From Candidatus Latescibacterota bacterium (GTDB lineage: Bacteria; Latescibacterota; UBA2968; UBA8231), in NCBI GenBank assembly GCA_965243025.1, contig CBDETY010000003.1, positions 4,000,001 to 4,064,000 of the forward strand: 64,000 bases of DNA, given 5' to 3'. A program made the translations under genes and the position numbers. Shown piece by piece: positions 39,517-50,183 of this stretch. Every line of letters begins with the position of its first letter. Position 1 is the first letter of the stretch. The notes below the pieces were generated by a model. That model worked only from the letters and a program-made list of their open reading frames with translations, was not told the origin of the DNA and did not search any database.

Positions 39517-39595
39517 GCGACCTCCGCGGCCGCCGACGCGCCGAGGGAAGGGAGGGGCCGGCCGGAGCGGGATTCCGGCTTCCCGGCCGGCGTGC

Positions 39596-40216
39596 TCACC
39601 CTCCCGCCTGATCCGGGGCGGTGGCCTGGGCGACTCCGACCATGGAGTCGCGGCTCACCAGGGGAACCAGCTCTTCCTCGCTGAGGTCTCCGGTGCCGGC
39701 CGGCCTGAACGGAAGCACCATGTAGCGGATCTCCGCGGTGCTGTCCCACACCCGCACCTCCACCGACTCGTCCAGCTCCAGGCCGAACTCCTGCAACACC
39801 GAGCGGGGCTCGGAGACGGCGCGGGAGCGGTAGGCGAAGGACTTGTACCAATCCGGCGGGAGGCCCAGCAGCGGCCAGGGGTAGCAGGAGCACAGGGTGC
39901 ATACCACCATGTTGTGGATGCCGGGGGTGTTCTCCAGCACCACGATCTGCGCCCCTTCGCGGCCGACGAACCCCATCTCGGCGATGGCGGCGGTGCCGTC
40001 CTCCAGGAGCCTCTTTCTGTATTCCGGATCGCACCAGGCGCGGGCAACGACTTTCGCCCCGTTCATCGGACCGACATCCCGCTCGTAGGTTTCGACGACG
40101 GCGTCGACGGCGTCCGAAGCGATCAGCCCTTTTTCCACCAGCAACGACTCGATCGCTTTGGTGCGCAGCGCCCCCGGGGACTCCGGGGCCTCGTGGTGGC
40201 GGTGGTGGTCACTCAT
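39596..40216 (-). CDS. nthA: Nitrile hydratase subunit alpha (cobalt type)
   Basis: [56 protein letters not shown]. Confidence 0.96.
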   Translation of the reverse strand: MSDHHRHHEAPESPGALRTKAIESLLVEKGLIASDAVDAVVETYERDVGPMNGAKVVARAWCDPEYRKRLLEDGTAAIAEMGFVGREGAQIVVLENTPGIHNMVVCTLCSCYPWPLLGLPPDWYKSFAYRSRAVSEPRSVLQEFGLELDESVEVRVWDSTAEIRYMVLPFRPAGTGDLSEEELVPLVSRDSMVGVAQATAPDQAGG

Positions 40217-40907
40217 CAGATACCTCCTGTGCGCGTGCGGGTTCGAGATAGCTGTCCCAGAGGTCGATGTACACGCCGCCCCTGCCCTCGGCCGATTCCC
40301 CCCAGAGCTCGGCCGCGTCGAATTTCACGCTGTAGAGCGCCTCGGGGTTGCGGTCCCCCCGGGCCATGTCGTCCGCGAGGTCGTGATAGCCGTGGTGCCT
40401 GGCGATGGTGCCGCGGCGCCCGCGCGCGTAGCGCGGCATCCGGTGGTGCCCCCCGGGGTGCCCGTTCCGGGTGCGGACCGCTTCCCCCACCCGGAACCTG
40501 GGAGGTCTGCCCGAGTCCCGCGGCGGCGGCAGGCGGTTGCGCATCCTCTCCATCACCTGGCCGGCGGCGGCAGGGTCTTCGCGGCGTGGAACTTCCGCGT
40601 CGGGATGCCGACGGTAGAATCGGATGCGGTCATCCAGCTCTTCCCGGGTCAGGATGCCCAGTTCCAACAGGCGTCTCTCCATGCGCGCCAGCCAGCGCTC
40701 GTAGTAAGGGCTGCTTACGTATTCGGCGGGATCGAGCAGCTCCAGGGCGTAGCGGGCGGCGTCGCCGGTGGGAAACAAGGGGACCATTCCCGACATCTGC
40801 ATGCCGAAGAGGCGGCCTTCCCACGGCTCGTGAAAGACAGGCTCGTTCTCTTCCCGCTTCACCGGGCCGAAGCCGTGCATGCCCCCCATGTCATGGATGC
40901 CGTTCAT
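40209..40907 (-). CDS. nthB: Nitrile hydratase subunit beta
   Basis: [59 protein letters not shown]. Confidence 0.95.
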   Translation of the reverse strand: MNGIHDMGGMHGFGPVKREENEPVFHEPWEGRLFGMQMSGMVPLFPTGDAARYALELLDPAEYVSSPYYERWLARMERRLLELGILTREELDDRIRFYRRHPDAEVPRREDPAAAGQVMERMRNRLPPPRDSGRPPRFRVGEAVRTRNGHPGGHHRMPRYARGRRGTIARHHGYHDLADDMARGDRNPEALYSVKFDAAELWGESAEGRGGVYIDLWDSYLEPARAQEVSDE

Positions 40908-41145
40908 GTCGCCACCTCTTCTCCGGGCTCAATATATCCGGATTATCCACGATCCCGGCAACGACCCCGGCGTTGAGAGGCTGCTACCCCGTTCGCCCGA
41001 TCATCGCCATGGATGTTTTTCAGGCCATTGATCAGCAGGGATTCGGCTGACGGGAATTCGCTGGAGCCGGCGGGAAACAAGCAGTTTTTCCCCCGAGACC
41101 GCATCTTACCTGCAACTCCACCAGCCCACCCATGCGCTGCAACCC

Positions 41146-43440
41146 TTGAACCTGTCCTCCATTCTCAAAAGCGGCCTCCTTCTCGCGTTGCTCGCCGCAC
41201 CTGTCCGGGCCGGGGAAGCCCCGGTCCTCCAGGCCGCCCGCGCGGCCGAGCCCCCGCGCATCGACGGCCGCCTCGACGATGCGGTCTGGAGCCAGGCCCC
41301 GGTCACGGACCGCTTCTTCCAGCGCGAGCCGGTCGAAGGAGCCCCGCCCACCGAGGGAACCGAGGTCCGCGTCCTTTTCGACGACGGCCACTTGTACTTC
41401 GCCGTGCGCTGCTTCGACAGCGAACCCGGCCGCCTGGTCGCCAACCAGATGCGGCGGGACGCCGACCTCGAGGAGAACGACAACGTCCAGATCATCCTCG
41501 ACCCCTACAACGACCGCCGCGGCGGCTTCTACTTCAGCACCAATCCCCTCGGGGCGCGCCAGGACCTGCTGCTCACCGACGAGGGCCGCACCCGCAACCA
41601 GGCCTGGGACAGCGTCTGGCGCAGCCGCGCCCGCGTCGACAGCCTCGGCTGGAGCGCCGAGGTCGCCATTCCCTTCGACCAGCTGCGCTACCCCGACAGC
41701 GAACAGGCGGTCTGGGGCATCAACATCGGGCGCGCCATACGCCGGAAGAACGAAGAGGTCTTCCTGGAGCCGCCGCCGCAGTCCTACGGCTTTTGGGGGC
41801 GCTACCGCACTTCGCGCCTGGCGGTGCTCAAGGGCCTGGGCAGGCTTCGCAGCCGGCCGCCGATGGCCGTCGTCCCCTACCTGCTGAGCGGCTCGCGGCG
41901 CGATTTCACCGGGGACGATTCCAATGAGTACGCCCTCGACCCCGGCCTCGACTTCAAGTACGGACTCACCCCCTCGCTGACCCTCGACCTGTCCTGGAAG
42001 ACCGACTTCGCCCAGGTGGAGACGGACCAGGAGCAGGTCAACCTCACCCGCTTCAGCCTGTTTTTCCCCGAGAAACGGGACTTCTTCCTCGAAGGGGCAG
42101 GGATTTTCGAGTTCGGTGAACGGGTCGAAAGGCAGGGTCTGGGAGGCCCGCCGCCCACCCTGCTGTTCTACAGCCGCCGCATCGGCATCGAGGAGGGGCA
42201 CAACCTTCCCGTGCTCGCCGGGGGAAAGCTCACCGGCCGCGCCGGACCGTACCAGATCGGCGCCCTGCGCATGACCACGCAGGCCATGACCTTCGTCGAC
42301 GAAGAGGAAAAAGACCGCTTCCTCACCGACGGCGGCGACCTCCTCGACGAGGAGCAGGCCGAACTGAGCGGGGAGGTTATCGTCGACACCTTGGAGGTCG
42401 ACGTCCTCGACACCCTCGACGTGGCCCGGACCGACTTCACCGTCCTGCGTCTCAAGCGGGACCTGCCGGGCAGCTCCAACGTCGGGCTGATCGCCATCGA
42501 CAAGCAGCCCGGCTCCGAAGCCGGCTACAACCGCACCGCCGGCATGGACTTCTCGCTGTCGCTGCTGCAGGCCGCCCTCAACCTGCGCGGCTTCGCCGCC
42601 GGAACCTGGAGCCCCGCGGCGGAGGACGGGGACGGCGCCGGCCTGCTGGAACTCGACTACCGCCGGGGCCGCTTCCGGACCAGCGTCAGCTACCTAGACG
42701 TCGAAGAGGACTTCTCGCCCGAAGTCGGCTTCGTCCCGCGCACCGGCATCCGCCGGATCAAGGGGGACGGGCGCTACCGCCCCCGGCCTGAGGTCGGCTG
42801 GATCCGGCAGTTCTCCCTCGGCCCCTGGTTCACCTACCTGACCGACCGGAACAACACCCTGCAGAGCGGGGAAGCCGGGATCCTGGCCTTCGTCAACCTC
42901 GAAGCCGGAGACTGGTTGGGTGGGCGCTACCGCCGCCGCTACGAGGTTCTGGAAGAGGCGTTCGAAATACGGGAGGGACAGGAAATCCCCCCGGACACCT
43001 ACGAGTTCGACAACTGGCATTTCAACTTCTTCCCCAGCTCGAACCGCCATTTTTCGGGTATCCTCTCCCTGGAGCGGGGCGGCTTCTTCAACGGCACGCG
43101 CAGCGGCGTTTCCGCGCGCACGGTCTGGCGCCACTTCGTTCGCCTGGAGCTGGAGGGGGATTACGCGTTCAACCGCATCGAACTGCCCGACGGCGCTTTC
43201 AACACCCACCTGTTCGGGCAGCGCTTCCTGTATTCCTTCTCCCCGGAAATGTTCGTGCGCGGTTTCCTGCAGTGGAATAGCGCCCGCGACCTGGTGGGGG
43301 GGAACTTCCTCTTCAACTACCGCTTCCTGCCCGGCAGCGATCTGTTCGTGGTCTACAACCAGGTCTGGGATACCGAGGGAGGGCTGCAGCAGGCGGACCG
43401 CTCGCTGCAGGTGAAGGTGTCCTGGTTCTGGAAGAGGTGA
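41146..43440 (+). CDS. DUF5916 / CBM9-like domain outer-membrane protein
   Basis: Signal peptide, PRIDGRLDD..W, WSAEVAIPF, TDFAQVETD, NLTRFSLFFPEKRDFFLEG, and a beta-barrel-like C-terminus. Confidence 0.85.
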   Translation: MNLSSILKSGLLLALLAAPVRAGEAPVLQAARAAEPPRIDGRLDDAVWSQAPVTDRFFQREPVEGAPPTEGTEVRVLFDDGHLYFAVRCFDSEPGRLVANQMRRDADLEENDNVQIILDPYNDRRGGFYFSTNPLGARQDLLLTDEGRTRNQAWDSVWRSRARVDSLGWSAEVAIPFDQLRYPDSEQAVWGINIGRAIRRKNEEVFLEPPPQSYGFWGRYRTSRLAVLKGLGRLRSRPPMAVVPYLLSGSRRDFTGDDSNEYALDPGLDFKYGLTPSLTLDLSWKTDFAQVETDQEQVNLTRFSLFFPEKRDFFLEGAGIFEFGERVERQGLGGPPPTLLFYSRRIGIEEGHNLPVLAGGKLTGRAGPYQIGALRMTTQAMTFVDEEEKDRFLTDGGDLLDEEQAELSGEVIVDTLEVDVLDTLDVARTDFTVLRLKRDLPGSSNVGLIAIDKQPGSEAGYNRTAGMDFSLSLLQAALNLRGFAAGTWSPAAEDGDGAGLLELDYRRGRFRTSVSYLDVEEDFSPEVGFVPRTGIRRIKGDGRYRPRPEVGWIRQFSLGPWFTYLTDRNNTLQSGEAGILAFVNLEAGDWLGGRYRRRYEVLEEAFEIREGQEIPPDTYEFDNWHFNFFPSSNRHFSGILSLERGGFFNGTRSGVSARTVWRHFVRLELEGDYAFNRIELPDGAFNTHLFGQRFLYSFSPEMFVRGFLQWNSARDLVGGNFLFNYRFLPGSDLFVVYNQVWDTEGGLQQADRSLQVKVSWFWKR

Positions 43441-43638
43441 GGGTCGCGTTCAGGGATGGCCGCGATTGCTGATGCCTACACATGCAAGTCACTTGCTACC
43501 CGGAAGCTGTGTGCGGGCAGCACTCAAAATCCTCCTGGAATGGTCTGGATATGTCCAGGAGCATATCCTTGAATAAGGCCAAGGACATAGGGGCAATCGA
43601 CAATTCTGTGGTGACCTCGGTTCGAAGGAATCAGCTCG

Positions 43639-45243
43639 ATGGCAACCGCACCAAAAAAACATAGAACCACCAAAGCCAAGACTAAACCGGACGACACCGT
43701 CGTTCCCGACTACAGGCCCGAGCTGTGGCGGATGGCCGACGCCCTGCGGGGCAGCATGGACGCCGCCGAGTACAAGCACGTCGTCCTCGGCCTGATCTTC
43801 CTCAAGTACATCTCCGACGCCTTCGAGGAAGCCCACGCCCAACTGGAGGCCGAGGCAGACCAGGGAGCGGACCCTGAAGACCCGGACGAGTACCGCGCCC
43901 AGAGCATCTTCTGGGTGCCGCCCGAGGCGCGCTGGACCAAGCTGCAAGCGCAGGCCCGCCAGCCCACCATTGGCCGTGCCGTGGACGACGCCATGACCGC
44001 CATCGAGCGGGACAACCCGGCGCTCAAGGACGTGCTGCCCAAGGATTACGCCCGCCCCGCCCTGGACAAGACCCGCCTGGGACAGGTGGTGGACATGGTG
44101 AGCAACATCAAGGTGGGCGGGGCCGAGGCCCGCGCCACGGACGTGCTGGGCAGCGTCTACGAGTATTTCCTGGAGCAGTTCGCGCTGGCCGAGGGCCGCA
44201 AGGGCGGCGAGTTCTACACTCCGCGCTCGGTTGTTCGCCTGCTCGTGGAAATGCTGGAGCCGTACCAAGGCCGGGTCTACGATCCTTGCTGCGGCTCTTC
44301 CGGCATGTTCGTCCAGTCGGTGGAGTTCATCCGCGCCCACGCCAGCGGCAACGGCAACGGCGGCAATGCCAGTGCGGACATCTCCATCTACGGCCAGGAG
44401 TCCAACTACACCACCTGGCGCATGGCCCGGATGAACCTGGCGATCCGGGGAATCGAGGGCCGGATCGAGCACGGCGACAGCTTCCACAACGACCGCCACC
44501 CCGACCTGCGGGCCGACTACATTCTGGCCAATCCCCCCTTCAACGTCTCTGACTGGGGCGGCGATCGGCTGCGCGACGACAAGCGCTGGGAGTACGGCGT
44601 GCCGCCCGTGGGCAACGCCAACTTCGCCTGGGTGCAGCACTTCCTCTACCACCTGTCGCCCCGGGGAACCGCCGGCTTCGTGCTGGCCAACGGCTCCATG
44701 TCCTCGAACCAGTCCGGCGAAGGTGAAATCCGCAAAAACCTGATCGAAGCCGACCTTGTGGACTGCATCGTTGCCCTTCCGGGTCAACTGTTCCGCTCCA
44801 CCCAGATACCGGCCTGCCTCTGGTTCCTGTCCCGGGGCCGCCGCAACGGAGAACACCGGGACCGGCGGGGCGCAACCCTGTTCGTCGACGCCCGCAAGCT
44901 GGGCCACATGGTGGACCGCACCCACCGCGACCTGTCCCCGGAGGACATCGCCCGCGTTGCCGACACCTATCACGCCTGGCGCGGCGGTGAGGGCACCGGC
45001 GAGTACGCCGACGTGCCCGGCTTCTGCAAGAGCGCCTCTCTGGAAGAGATCCGCAAGCACGGCCACGTCCTCACCCCCGGCCGCTACGTTGGAGCCGAGC
45101 CGCAAGAAGACGATGGGGAACCTTTCGAAGAGAAGATGGCCCGCCTCGCCAAACAATGGCGCGAGCAGCAGGCCGAGGCGAAAAAGCTGGACGCTGCAAT
45201 CGAGGCCAACCTGAAGGCACTCGGGTTCGGAGACAGTCAATGA
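43639..45243 (+). CDS. hsdM: Type I restriction-modification methyltransferase subunit M
   Basis: [32 protein letters not shown] (N6-adenine type), LTPGRYVG. Confidence 0.96.
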   Translation: MATAPKKHRTTKAKTKPDDTVVPDYRPELWRMADALRGSMDAAEYKHVVLGLIFLKYISDAFEEAHAQLEAEADQGADPEDPDEYRAQSIFWVPPEARWTKLQAQARQPTIGRAVDDAMTAIERDNPALKDVLPKDYARPALDKTRLGQVVDMVSNIKVGGAEARATDVLGSVYEYFLEQFALAEGRKGGEFYTPRSVVRLLVEMLEPYQGRVYDPCCGSSGMFVQSVEFIRAHASGNGNGGNASADISIYGQESNYTTWRMARMNLAIRGIEGRIEHGDSFHNDRHPDLRADYILANPPFNVSDWGGDRLRDDKRWEYGVPPVGNANFAWVQHFLYHLSPRGTAGFVLANGSMSSNQSGEGEIRKNLIEADLVDCIVALPGQLFRSTQIPACLWFLSRGRRNGEHRDRRGATLFVDARKLGHMVDRTHRDLSPEDIARVADTYHAWRGGEGTGEYADVPGFCKSASLEEIRKHGHVLTPGRYVGAEPQEDDGEPFEEKMARLAKQWREQQAEAKKLDAAIEANLKALGFGDSQ

Positions 45244-46979
45244 ACTACAGCGACCAGGAGATCGCTCGGCAACTTCGCCTGGGCGAGGACAGCCAATGGG
45301 AATTCAAGCAGACCGAGTTTTCCGGTAGCCGTCCAAGAAGCCCGAGCCGCAATGATTGGGCGGATGAGATCGCCGCTTTTGCCAACACGGAGGGAGGCGT
45401 TCTGCTCTGCGGAGTTACCGACGAAGGGGAGGTGCAGGGCATGTCGCGGGAGCGGATTGTCGGCCTGGACTCCCTTCTGGTCGAGGCCAGTACCGACTCC
45501 ATCAGGCCGGCGGTTCGCATCAGTACCCATCACAGAGAACTGGATGGCAAGCGGTTGCTCCTGGTCGAAGTACCTCGGAGCGAATCGCAGCATGACAGCC
45601 CGGGTGGAAGCTACGTCAGGGTAGGCGGGTCAAAGCGCCGAATGACAAGCGAGGAGCGGTTGCGGCTGGCACAGCGGCGCAGCCAGGCGCGGTTCCTGTG
45701 GTTCGACAAGCAGTCCGTGCCAAACACCGGATTGGGAACGCTGGACGAAGCGCTTTGGAGACCGTTGTTGAGCGCGGAAGGCAGGGCAGATCCGGAAACG
45801 GCGCTGGAAAAAATGGGCCTTCTCGGACGGGACGAACACGATACGATGCGAGCGACCGTCGCCGGCCTCCTCTTTTGCAGTCAGGCACCGGAGGAATGGC
45901 TGCCCAACGCCTGCATTACGGCCACCCATTACCGCGGTACGGATCGGGCCTCCGGCCAACTCGACACCCAGACGATCACCGGCCCCCTCAACCGGCAAAT
46001 TGCCGAAGCTGTCGCCTTTGCCGTGCGCAACATGCGCGTCGGGGCCTACAAAGATCCGGCCCGCATGGATTTGCCACAGTACAGTTCAGAGGCCCTGTTC
46101 GAGGCCATCGCCAATGCCGTTGCCCACCGGGATTATTCGATGCTCGGCAGCCGGATTCGCCTGTCCATGTTCGCCGACCGGTTGGAAATCCAGTCGCCCG
46201 GTTCCCTGGCCAACAGCCTGACAATAGATGAGCTGGAATTCCGGCAGGCGACGCGCAACGAGGTGCTTGCCTCGGTCTTCGGACGGATGCCGACCAGCGA
46301 TATCCAGGGAGCCGGTGGCCGGGTTTTCATCATGGAACGGCGCGGCGACGGCGTCCCCGTCATCCGGCGAGAGACCCGCGAACTCGCCGGGCGCCTGCCT
46401 CGCTTTGATCTGGTTGGGGGTGCGGACCTTCGCGTCACCCTTCCGGCGGCCTCCACCGAGCCGAGTCCTGCCCGTGTTGTCGTTTCCGTATGCGCTGGCA
46501 CCGAGCCGCTTGCCCATGCGGAAGTACTGGTGCTGTTCCCGAACAAGACCTGGAAACAGGCAACAACGGATGCGCTGGGCCAAGCCGTAATCGGCCTGTA
46601 TACGGTTGATCTGCCGATGACGGTGTTCGCGGCTGCCCGCGGTTTTGCCGCCCACTGCGAACGCGAATGGCGGCCTGCTGAAGGTGAGCTCACGATTGAA
46701 CTTGAGCCGCTTCCCGGCGGCGGTTCCGTCATTCTTTCGGAAGACAGCGGCCAAATTCCGGGGCTGAAAGGATCGCTGAATCCGATTCGAGACAACCTTG
46801 ACCGGACCTATCTCTACGCCTCGAACATCGCCATCAACCAAGGCCAGCAGCAGCCGGTACATATTGTGCTCGGCGAAGACCTGCGGCTCACCGATGTCAA
46901 TGGCGTCGAGATTACAGCGCGTATCGTGGAGATCCTGGGACGATCGGCACTGGTCGGGTACCGGCCGTTCAAGCCCTAA
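45240..46979 (+). CDS. Schlafen/AlbA_2 domain + HATPase_c_4 domain + C-terminal beta-sandwich domain protein
   Basis: [32 protein letters not shown]; [30 protein letters not shown]; all-beta tail VLFPNKTWK...LNPIRD. ATGA overlap with hsdM. Confidence 0.85.
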   Translation: MNYSDQEIARQLRLGEDSQWEFKQTEFSGSRPRSPSRNDWADEIAAFANTEGGVLLCGVTDEGEVQGMSRERIVGLDSLLVEASTDSIRPAVRISTHHRELDGKRLLLVEVPRSESQHDSPGGSYVRVGGSKRRMTSEERLRLAQRRSQARFLWFDKQSVPNTGLGTLDEALWRPLLSAEGRADPETALEKMGLLGRDEHDTMRATVAGLLFCSQAPEEWLPNACITATHYRGTDRASGQLDTQTITGPLNRQIAEAVAFAVRNMRVGAYKDPARMDLPQYSSEALFEAIANAVAHRDYSMLGSRIRLSMFADRLEIQSPGSLANSLTIDELEFRQATRNEVLASVFGRMPTSDIQGAGGRVFIMERRGDGVPVIRRETRELAGRLPRFDLVGGADLRVTLPAASTEPSPARVVVSVCAGTEPLAHAEVLVLFPNKTWKQATTDALGQAVIGLYTVDLPMTVFAAARGFAAHCEREWRPAEGELTIELEPLPGGGSVILSEDSGQIPGLKGSLNPIRDNLDRTYLYASNIAINQGQQQPVHIVLGEDLRLTDVNGVEITARIVEILGRSALVGYRPFKP

Positions 46980-47046
46980 CCAGGAGGAGCGGGATTGGTA
47001 GGTTCAAACGGGCTCTTCGTCACAGTGACTAGACTTGTGGGGCGAG

Positions 47047-48465
47047 ATGCCTGATCAGATCAGAGGGGGAATTGCGGCCGATGATGTGGTGTTGCCAACA
47101 GAAAGCCTGTACCCGACAACCTTAGGATTCGAAGATGAAAAGGTAACACTGAAAGATCTCCTGATTTATACGCGTGATGGTGAGTGGGGAGCAGGAGATA
47201 TAAAACCAGATCTTATTCCCATGCGAGTTATTCGAGGTGCTGATTTTGACCCTGTAAGCCAAGGAAATTTTGAAACTGTTCCGACTCGATACATTGAACC
47301 CTCTGCGGCTGCCAGAAAGACACTACGTCCCTGGGATATACTTATTGAAACGGCAGGAGGTGGGAGAAATAGGCCGACGGGTCGCACACTGTTAATTCGC
47401 CCCCGGATCTTGCAGAGTACGAAAATCCCGGTAACGTGCGCAAGTTTTGCCCGGTTTCTACGGATCGATGACAAGCGGGCGAATCCGGAATACATCTATT
47501 GGTTCCTTCAGTACCTTTATTCCCTAGGTGAAATGGAACGGAATCAAGTTCAGCATACAGGTGTTGCTAGATTTCAATTCACTAGTTTTGCAGAGAGCAT
47601 AAAAGTCCCTCTACTTCCTTTTTCCGAACAAGACGCCATCGCCCGTATCCTCGGCACCTTTGACGACAAGATCGAACTCAACCGGCGAATAAACGAGACG
47701 CTGGAGACGATGGCGCGGGCACTGTTCAAATCGTGGTTCGTGGACTTCGATCCGGTCCACGCCAAGATGGAGGGCCGGTGGCGGCGAGGAGATTCGCTTC
47801 CCGGCCTGCCTGCCGATTTCTACGACCTCTTCCCGGATCGGCTGGTGCCCTCCGAGTCCGGGGAAATACCGAAGGGGTGGGAAATGAAAACGGTGGGAGA
47901 GGTCGTAGACGTAGTAGGGGGAACTACTCCGAGCACAAAAGTCGTCGAGTACTGGAGTGGTGGAATCCATTCTTGGGCGACCCCCAAAGACCTCTCGAAC
48001 CTCTTTTCACCAGTACTATTGGACACCGAGCGAAAGATCACAGAAGCTGGTCTGGAAAAGATTGGATCGGGTCTTCTCCCCACTGGTACCGTGCTTCTAT
48101 CGTCGAGGGCGCCAATTGGCTACGTTGCAGTCAGCGAGGTCCCTGTCGCTATCAACCAAGGTTTCATCGCCATGCCACCAAAGGATCGGATCTCCAACTT
48201 GTTCCTGCTGCACTGGTGTAACGTATTCCATGACGAAATAGTCAACCACGCAAATGGCTCCACATTTCTCGAAATCAGCAAGGGGAATTTTCGGCGTATC
48301 CCAATGCTAGTTTTCGGAGAGTCGGTAATGAAAGCATTTGACATGCAAGTCCGGTTCCTCCATTTACGCATCGCGACCAATGAACACCAGAACCGCACCT
48401 TGGTCGCCAAGAGGGACGCGCTGTTGGCGAAGCTGGTTTCCGGAGAACTTCGACTAACGGCTTAG
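47047..48465 (+). CDS. hsdS: Type I R-M specificity subunit S
   Basis: Two TRDs separated by [39 protein letters not shown] and GEIPKGW; GGTTPST, SSRAPIG; C-terminal [12 protein letters not shown]. Confidence 0.95.
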   Translation: MPDQIRGGIAADDVVLPTESLYPTTLGFEDEKVTLKDLLIYTRDGEWGAGDIKPDLIPMRVIRGADFDPVSQGNFETVPTRYIEPSAAARKTLRPWDILIETAGGGRNRPTGRTLLIRPRILQSTKIPVTCASFARFLRIDDKRANPEYIYWFLQYLYSLGEMERNQVQHTGVARFQFTSFAESIKVPLLPFSEQDAIARILGTFDDKIELNRRINETLETMARALFKSWFVDFDPVHAKMEGRWRRGDSLPGLPADFYDLFPDRLVPSESGEIPKGWEMKTVGEVVDVVGGTTPSTKVVEYWSGGIHSWATPKDLSNLFSPVLLDTERKITEAGLEKIGSGLLPTGTVLLSSRAPIGYVAVSEVPVAINQGFIAMPPKDRISNLFLLHWCNVFHDEIVNHANGSTFLEISKGNFRRIPMLVFGESVMKAFDMQVRFLHLRIATNEHQNRTLVAKRDALLAKLVSGELRLTA

Positions 48466-48488
48466 ACTTCACACTTAGAAGATTGCAA

Positions 48489-48899
48489 ATGAAACACTGC
48501 TGCAAAAACTTCCGTTTTCTCGCACAAACCCACGTTGGACAGTCATCGGTGATGAACATCGATTTTCATGGGATCCTCACGAACCATCCGAGTGCCATCT
48601 CGGTGGTCATTATGCGGCGGAATGCGCCAAGGGAATCTGGAGTACAAGAATTGACCCACACTTGAACTCACCCCTAAAGGATCTATTGTTTCAAGACAGA
48701 AGACATCGCTGCTTCTTTATTGAAACTCACAGAGGAATCCTTTGAAGCAGCCAGTGAGCTTCGTCGGCTCAGAAACGACAATCGTCAGCTAAAGCAAAGC
48801 TACCGATACACTCAGATCGGCTTATGGACTGCGGCCATTGGCGTTGTTGCAAGTGTAATCATGCGATTGCTCGAAAAGCTAGGATGGATTCCTCAATAA
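48489..48899 (+). pseudogene. Degraded Cys-containing protein with a C-terminal membrane helix (at least two frameshifts)
   Basis: Coding-like blocks in shifting frames: MKHCCKNFRFLAQTH / GDEHRFSWD...ECAKGIWSTRIDP...CFFIETHRG / SFEAASELRRLRNDNRQLKQSYRYTQIGLWTAAIGVVASVIM... Confidence 0.45.
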
Positions 48900-49009
48900 G
48901 TGTAGAACCAGGCAATGGCGTCACGACGATTGGACAGATGAATAACGGAGGATCCCAGCCCTGGCTGATGGCAAGGTCCTCGTCTACGAGGCACCGAGAC
49001 GTGGTGCGC

Positions 49010-50183
49010 CTAGTGTCCTGTCGTGTAAGTAACTGTACAAACAATTGAAGGTGCCGTAGGTTTCTCTTGATCCTCTTTCTGAAAGGAGAGACCTATGGTG
49101 ACGGGGCGTCCATTAACGCCGTTAGAGCTGAGTCCGTCGGACCGGGAACGATTGGAATCGATGGCCAAATCACGGAGCCTTTCCCACGGGTTGGTGCGGC
49201 GAGCCGAGATTATTCTGCTGGCCGCCGAAGGCTGGCCCAATGAAGCCGTCGCGGCCGCGGTGGGTGTGACGCGTGCTACGGTCGGCAAGTGGCGCCGGCG
49301 CTTTCTCGAAAACGGGCTCCAAGGCTTGTATGATGAGCTGCGCTCAGGGGCGCCGCGATCGATCACGGACGAGCAGGTAGCCGAGGTGGTATACAAGACC
49401 CTGAAGACCAAGCCCAAAGACCAAACCCAGTGGTCGCTGCGCTCCATGGGCGAGGAAACCGGCCTGACCAAGGATGCCGTTCATCGCATTTGGCGCACGT
49501 ATGGTTTGCAGCCCCACCGACACAAGCACTTCAAGCTTTCCACCGATCCTTTCTTTGTCGACAAAGTACGGGATATCGTCGGCTTATACCTGAATCCCCC
49601 CGAGCACGCCATGGTGCTGTGCGTGGACGAGAAGAGCCAGATCCAGGCGTTGGAACGAAGTCAGCCCATGCTGCCCCTGGGACTGGGATACGTGGAAGGG
49701 GTAACGCACGACTACAAGCGGCATGGCACCACCACCCTGTTCGCCGCACTGGACATCGCCACCGGCGCCGTGATGACCCAGTGCAAGTCTCGTCATCGTC
49801 ACCAGGAGTTCCTCCAGTTCCTGCGCCACATTGAGGCCAACGTCCCCGCTGACCTGGATATTCATCTTGTCGTCGACAACTACGCCACGCATAAGCATGC
49901 CAAGGTCAAGCGATGGCTGGCACGGCGGCCTCGATTTCACGTTCACTACACCCCCACCTATGCTTCGTGGCTCAACCAAGTGGAGATTTGGTTCAGCATC
50001 ATTACCCGCCAAGCTCTTCGCCGGGACTCGTTCCGTAAGGTGTCAGAGCTCATCGGGCGGATCGAACGCTACACGGCCAAATGGAACGCCAACGCACACC
50101 CGTTCGTCTGGACGGCTACGGCCGATTCCATCCTTGCGAAAATCAAGAGACTTTGCGAACGAATCTCTGCGACACAACACTAG
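49010..50183 (+). mobile_element. IS630 family insertion sequence
   Basis: Ends CTAGTGTCCTGTCG and CGACACAACACTAG form an imperfect inverted repeat and enclose the transposase. Confidence 0.9.
49095..50183 (+). CDS. IS630 family transposase
   Basis: HTH region, [42 protein letters not shown]. Confidence 0.96.
   Translation: MVTGRPLTPLELSPSDRERLESMAKSRSLSHGLVRRAEIILLAAEGWPNEAVAAAVGVTRATVGKWRRRFLENGLQGLYDELRSGAPRSITDEQVAEVVYKTLKTKPKDQTQWSLRSMGEETGLTKDAVHRIWRTYGLQPHRHKHFKLSTDPFFVDKVRDIVGLYLNPPEHAMVLCVDEKSQIQALERSQPMLPLGLGYVEGVTHDYKRHGTTTLFAALDIATGAVMTQCKSRHRHQEFLQFLRHIEANVPADLDIHLVVDNYATHKHAKVKRWLARRPRFHVHYTPTYASWLNQVEIWFSIITRQALRRDSFRKVSELIGRIERYTAKWNANAHPFVWTATADSILAKIKRLCERISATQH

Noticed and set aside
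35520-40907. NHLP-type RiPP cluster (nitrile hydratase-like leader plus ABC exporters)
   Set aside because: nthA retains the full CTLCSC metal site and has a beta subunit. There is no YcaO, LanM or C39 peptidase, and the genes are convergent.
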